A stretch of 64,000 nucleotides of DNA from Rhina ancylostomus (lineage: Eukaryota), in NCBI GenBank assembly GCA_030265395.1, contig JARFYF010000001.1:44985220-45049219 (forward strand). The letters are read 5' to 3'. Below, piece after piece: positions 61,200 through 64,000 of the stretch. Within the stretch, counting starts at the first letter, position 1, and the number at the start of each line of letters is the position of its first letter. A program made the translations under genes and the position numbers. Under the pieces are notes generated by a model. The model searched no databases. It was not told where the DNA came from and was given only the letters and a program-made list of their open reading frames with translations.

Positions 61200-61820
61200 C
61201 TGATGGTAAAGTGAAGGTCAACTCCTGCAGATATGTTCACCTAAGATATCTTGGAGAAACTCTTAACTGCTCTTGAATTTCAAGACCCATTACATAGGTC
61301 TATGGGACACGATGAAAATGAGAAACTGCGCCATTTGCAAACATGTAATCCTTCACCAAGAGCACACATCAAGGTGTGCAAGACCCCAGTGTTCTTGCCA
61401 CTACAGTTGAGCACTAAGTACTGGGTTCTGGGTTCATGCCCAATTTCCACATGAAGATGGGCAACCCCAAATAAACACAGCCACGACAACTGTCTCACTG
61501 TGCAGAAATTGATACAACCCTGTGATGATTGATTATGCATGGTATTACATTGTCTTAGGTCTAGAGAGATCGATAAACAGTCTGAACAACCTTGACCTCT
61601 GAATCCTCAATACCCTCAACAACTGACTAGAACAATGGCTCTGTCAACCAACTCAAAGCCATCGGTTAGTGGCATTTAAGCGTAATGGTAGGAATACTGG
61701 GATAGCAGCAAAATCTCAAACAAACAGCTCATCGTCAATTGCATGAAAATGCCATCCTGTTCGGAGATACCACACTGCCCAAGGAAGAAAAGGGCACCAA
61801 TGCCAATGCTGGGTAACTGA
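61200..61820 (+). mobile_element. Very old RTE-like LINE remnant (tentative)
   Basis: RYLG near 61244; ORF 61251..61454 HIKVCKTPVFLPLQLSTKYW resembles TK.KVY..VV...LLYG.ETW. Confidence 0.4.
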
Positions 61821-62231
61821 AACCATGTCCAGAAGTGACTGCACGCACAAGAAAGACAGTGGACTATATCATAAAAGTATTCTCCAAGATTAAAGGTCTG
61901 CTGGCAGTTTCCTAAATATCCATCAAGAAAAACATGAAGTAATAACCTGGCATCAAAAACTGCACATACCACATTAACACTCTGGATCTAATCACAATAT
62001 AATCATTGAAACTCTGCTTTACTGAGTAAAAGATCTACTCAACCTGATTAGCATTTTACTGGAATAAGTGAAAGGCATTTTTTGTGCCGATATTTTATGA
62101 AAACATACAACTATTAAATACCTGCATAAAGCAATTTAAGCACATCACCAAATCTGTCCATTCCTCCACCTACACCTGCACCTGCATAATTAGAAATGAT
62201 CCTGGGGAAGAATGCAGGATGCAGTGAGAGT

Positions 62232-62707
62232 GGATGCATTTGTTTCAAAATTCTGTGGATTCTGAAGTGGAATCTGAGGTTTGAAAAACCACAAACGTAT
62301 TGTCTCTATTCAAGGGAGGAGGGAACTATAGGCCATTTGGTATAACATCTGAGGGATATCGACAGGGTGGTACAAGAGGACGCTTCCTTCAGTGGGGATG
62401 TCTAAAACAAGGGGGCAGAGTTTCAGAACAAGGGGTCACCTATTTAGGACAAAGATGAGGAGGAATTTCTTCTCTCAGAAGGTCATGAACCTTTGGAATT
62501 CTTTACCTCAGAACTTTGGTGGTAGACCCCTTGAATGCATTCAAGACAGAGATTGACAGGCATTTAAATTACAAAGGAACGAAGGGGTATGGGGAGAGAG
62601 CAGGAAAGTGTGGCTGAGAGCAAGACTGGATCAGCCATGATCTTACTGAATGAGAGAGATGGCTCGAAGGACTGCTCAACCTCAGCCAGCTCCTGCTTCT
62701 TATAGTC
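62232..62707 (+). mobile_element. Internally deleted CR1: RT N-terminus fused to 3' end
   Basis: LFQNSVDSEVESEV*KTTNVLSLFKGGGNYRPFGITS at 62239-62350, joined directly to GIDRV...RRNFFSQKVMNLWNSLP and tail ctcctgcttcttat. Confidence 0.85.
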
Positions 62708-63729
62708 CAAAAAATCAACCTGTTGAAAGCAAAGTCACTCAGTAAACTTGAACACAAGTTATCAACCAACTGCACAGACCTTTTTCCTATCCTCCACCCT
62801 ACTTGTCTGGTTTTATGAATGAATGTGTCTCTATCCTATATTAGGAGCATCCTTATAAAATTTCAATTCTGGAGGATGTCTTAGAATTGGAAACCTAGAA
62901 AGAATCATGCAATTAAAAACCAGTGGCGTGCCACTGAGCTTAAAGCATGCAGGGTTCCCCATGTACCTGTGCAGCTGGTACTTGTCCAGGCACACGAATT
63001 GTAATGAGGGTAAAGTGAAATGTATTTTCCATCAACATCTACTTTCACACAGTGTTACATTTTTCCATTTATTGACCTAACAATGGTTTCATCAGAGTGA
63101 TTTAAATCGTTACATAAAGCAGTTAAGTACACAGATTGCAGTCCCAGACCGACACAAAAGTTTTTCCTCATTGTACTCAATTGACAGGGCTATATAAAAT
63201 GCCACCTCTCGATTTATCTACCCCCCTCCCATTTGGCGTCTTGCCAGAGTCATATTCTTGTATGTCTGGCAGTGGCTTTATCATAGCAAAGCCTCGTGTT
63301 CCTTTCAGCCCACACTGCATGGGGTTTCATAAATATCCAGGCCTCCTCCTCATTATTCTTTATATTTTGAACTCTGAATATCTTAAATAGAACAGTACCT
63401 TTGTCACAAATGCCAGTTATTTATGTGTTAATGTATTCTTTGTCTAAACTGCAATTTCTTACCCAATTGTCATAATTTAATTCATTTATAAATAAACATG
63501 TAGATTGATCTAATTTTAATATGCCTCCTGCTGTTCCTCACTATGTAAAAGTCTGAAATGAACTACAGTGTAAATAGGTACCTTGAGCTGTTTATTTTTA
63601 AATAGCACCTTACAAAGGACTTTATAATAATCCGTTTACATATGATATAGGCTAAAACCTACAGCTGGAGAGTCTAGAATTAAAAAAAACCATGAAGCTG
63701 CTAAACTTGTCAATCAGTATCTGAAAAAG

Positions 63730-63930
63730 GAGCAAAAAAAAAGCTGGAGGAACTCAGCAGGTCAGGCAGCATCTGTGGAGGCAGGGGGATTGTCGACGCT
63801 TCGGTTCAAGACCCTGCATCAGGACTGTTTGATTTTTGTTTTTGTTCTGATGAAAATTCCAAAGCATTAACATAATTTCCTTTTCGCTTGCTAATAGACT
63901 TTCTGGGCATTATCAGCAGGTTTTGCTTTT
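63730..63930. mobile_element. Inverted pair of Penelope-type terminal repeats with hammerhead relics
   Basis: Minus copy 63740-63827 (cagtc-CTGATGC-a-gggtc-tt-gaacc-GAAG-cgtc-gac...cacagatgctgcctgacctgctgagttcctccagc), then an older plus copy from 63846 (ttCTGATGAaaattccaaagcattaac). Confidence 0.7.
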
Positions 63931-64000
63931 TTTTACAAACACTCAGGATTAGTTTCAACTTTAAAGGGACTCTGCATTTCAATTGGACATTTTCCAGTAA

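Overview
Eukaryotic, AT-rich, CpG-depleted, gappy scaffold with no recognisable intact host gene. The repeat inventory points to a cartilaginous fish, probably a batoid; this is inferred from recalled repeat families, not from a database search. It includes CR1/HER1-type LINE fragments, HE1-like V-SINEs, Deu-domain SINEs, L2, Rex1/Babar, RTE and Penelope-type terminal repeats. The window reads as a large intron or gene desert. Main observations: (1) a fossil two-gene PIF/Harbinger transposon, with a DDE transposase on + and a convergent, intron-containing Myb/SANT partner on -; (2) about nine Penelope-type terminal-repeat loci, several with recognisable but decayed minimal hammerhead ribozyme cores, two as inverted pairs; (3) one V-SINE head/body carrying two different LINE tails (CR1 vs Rex/Babar); (4) nested and rearranged LINE insertions, one with a clean target-site duplication (TSD); (5) several repeat-free blocks with PBX-HOX plus MEIS motif clusters that look like conserved developmental enhancers; (6) gap-flanking duplications that are probably assembly artefacts. 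I found no evidence for a novel protein-coding system. All boundaries were read by eye and are approximate.
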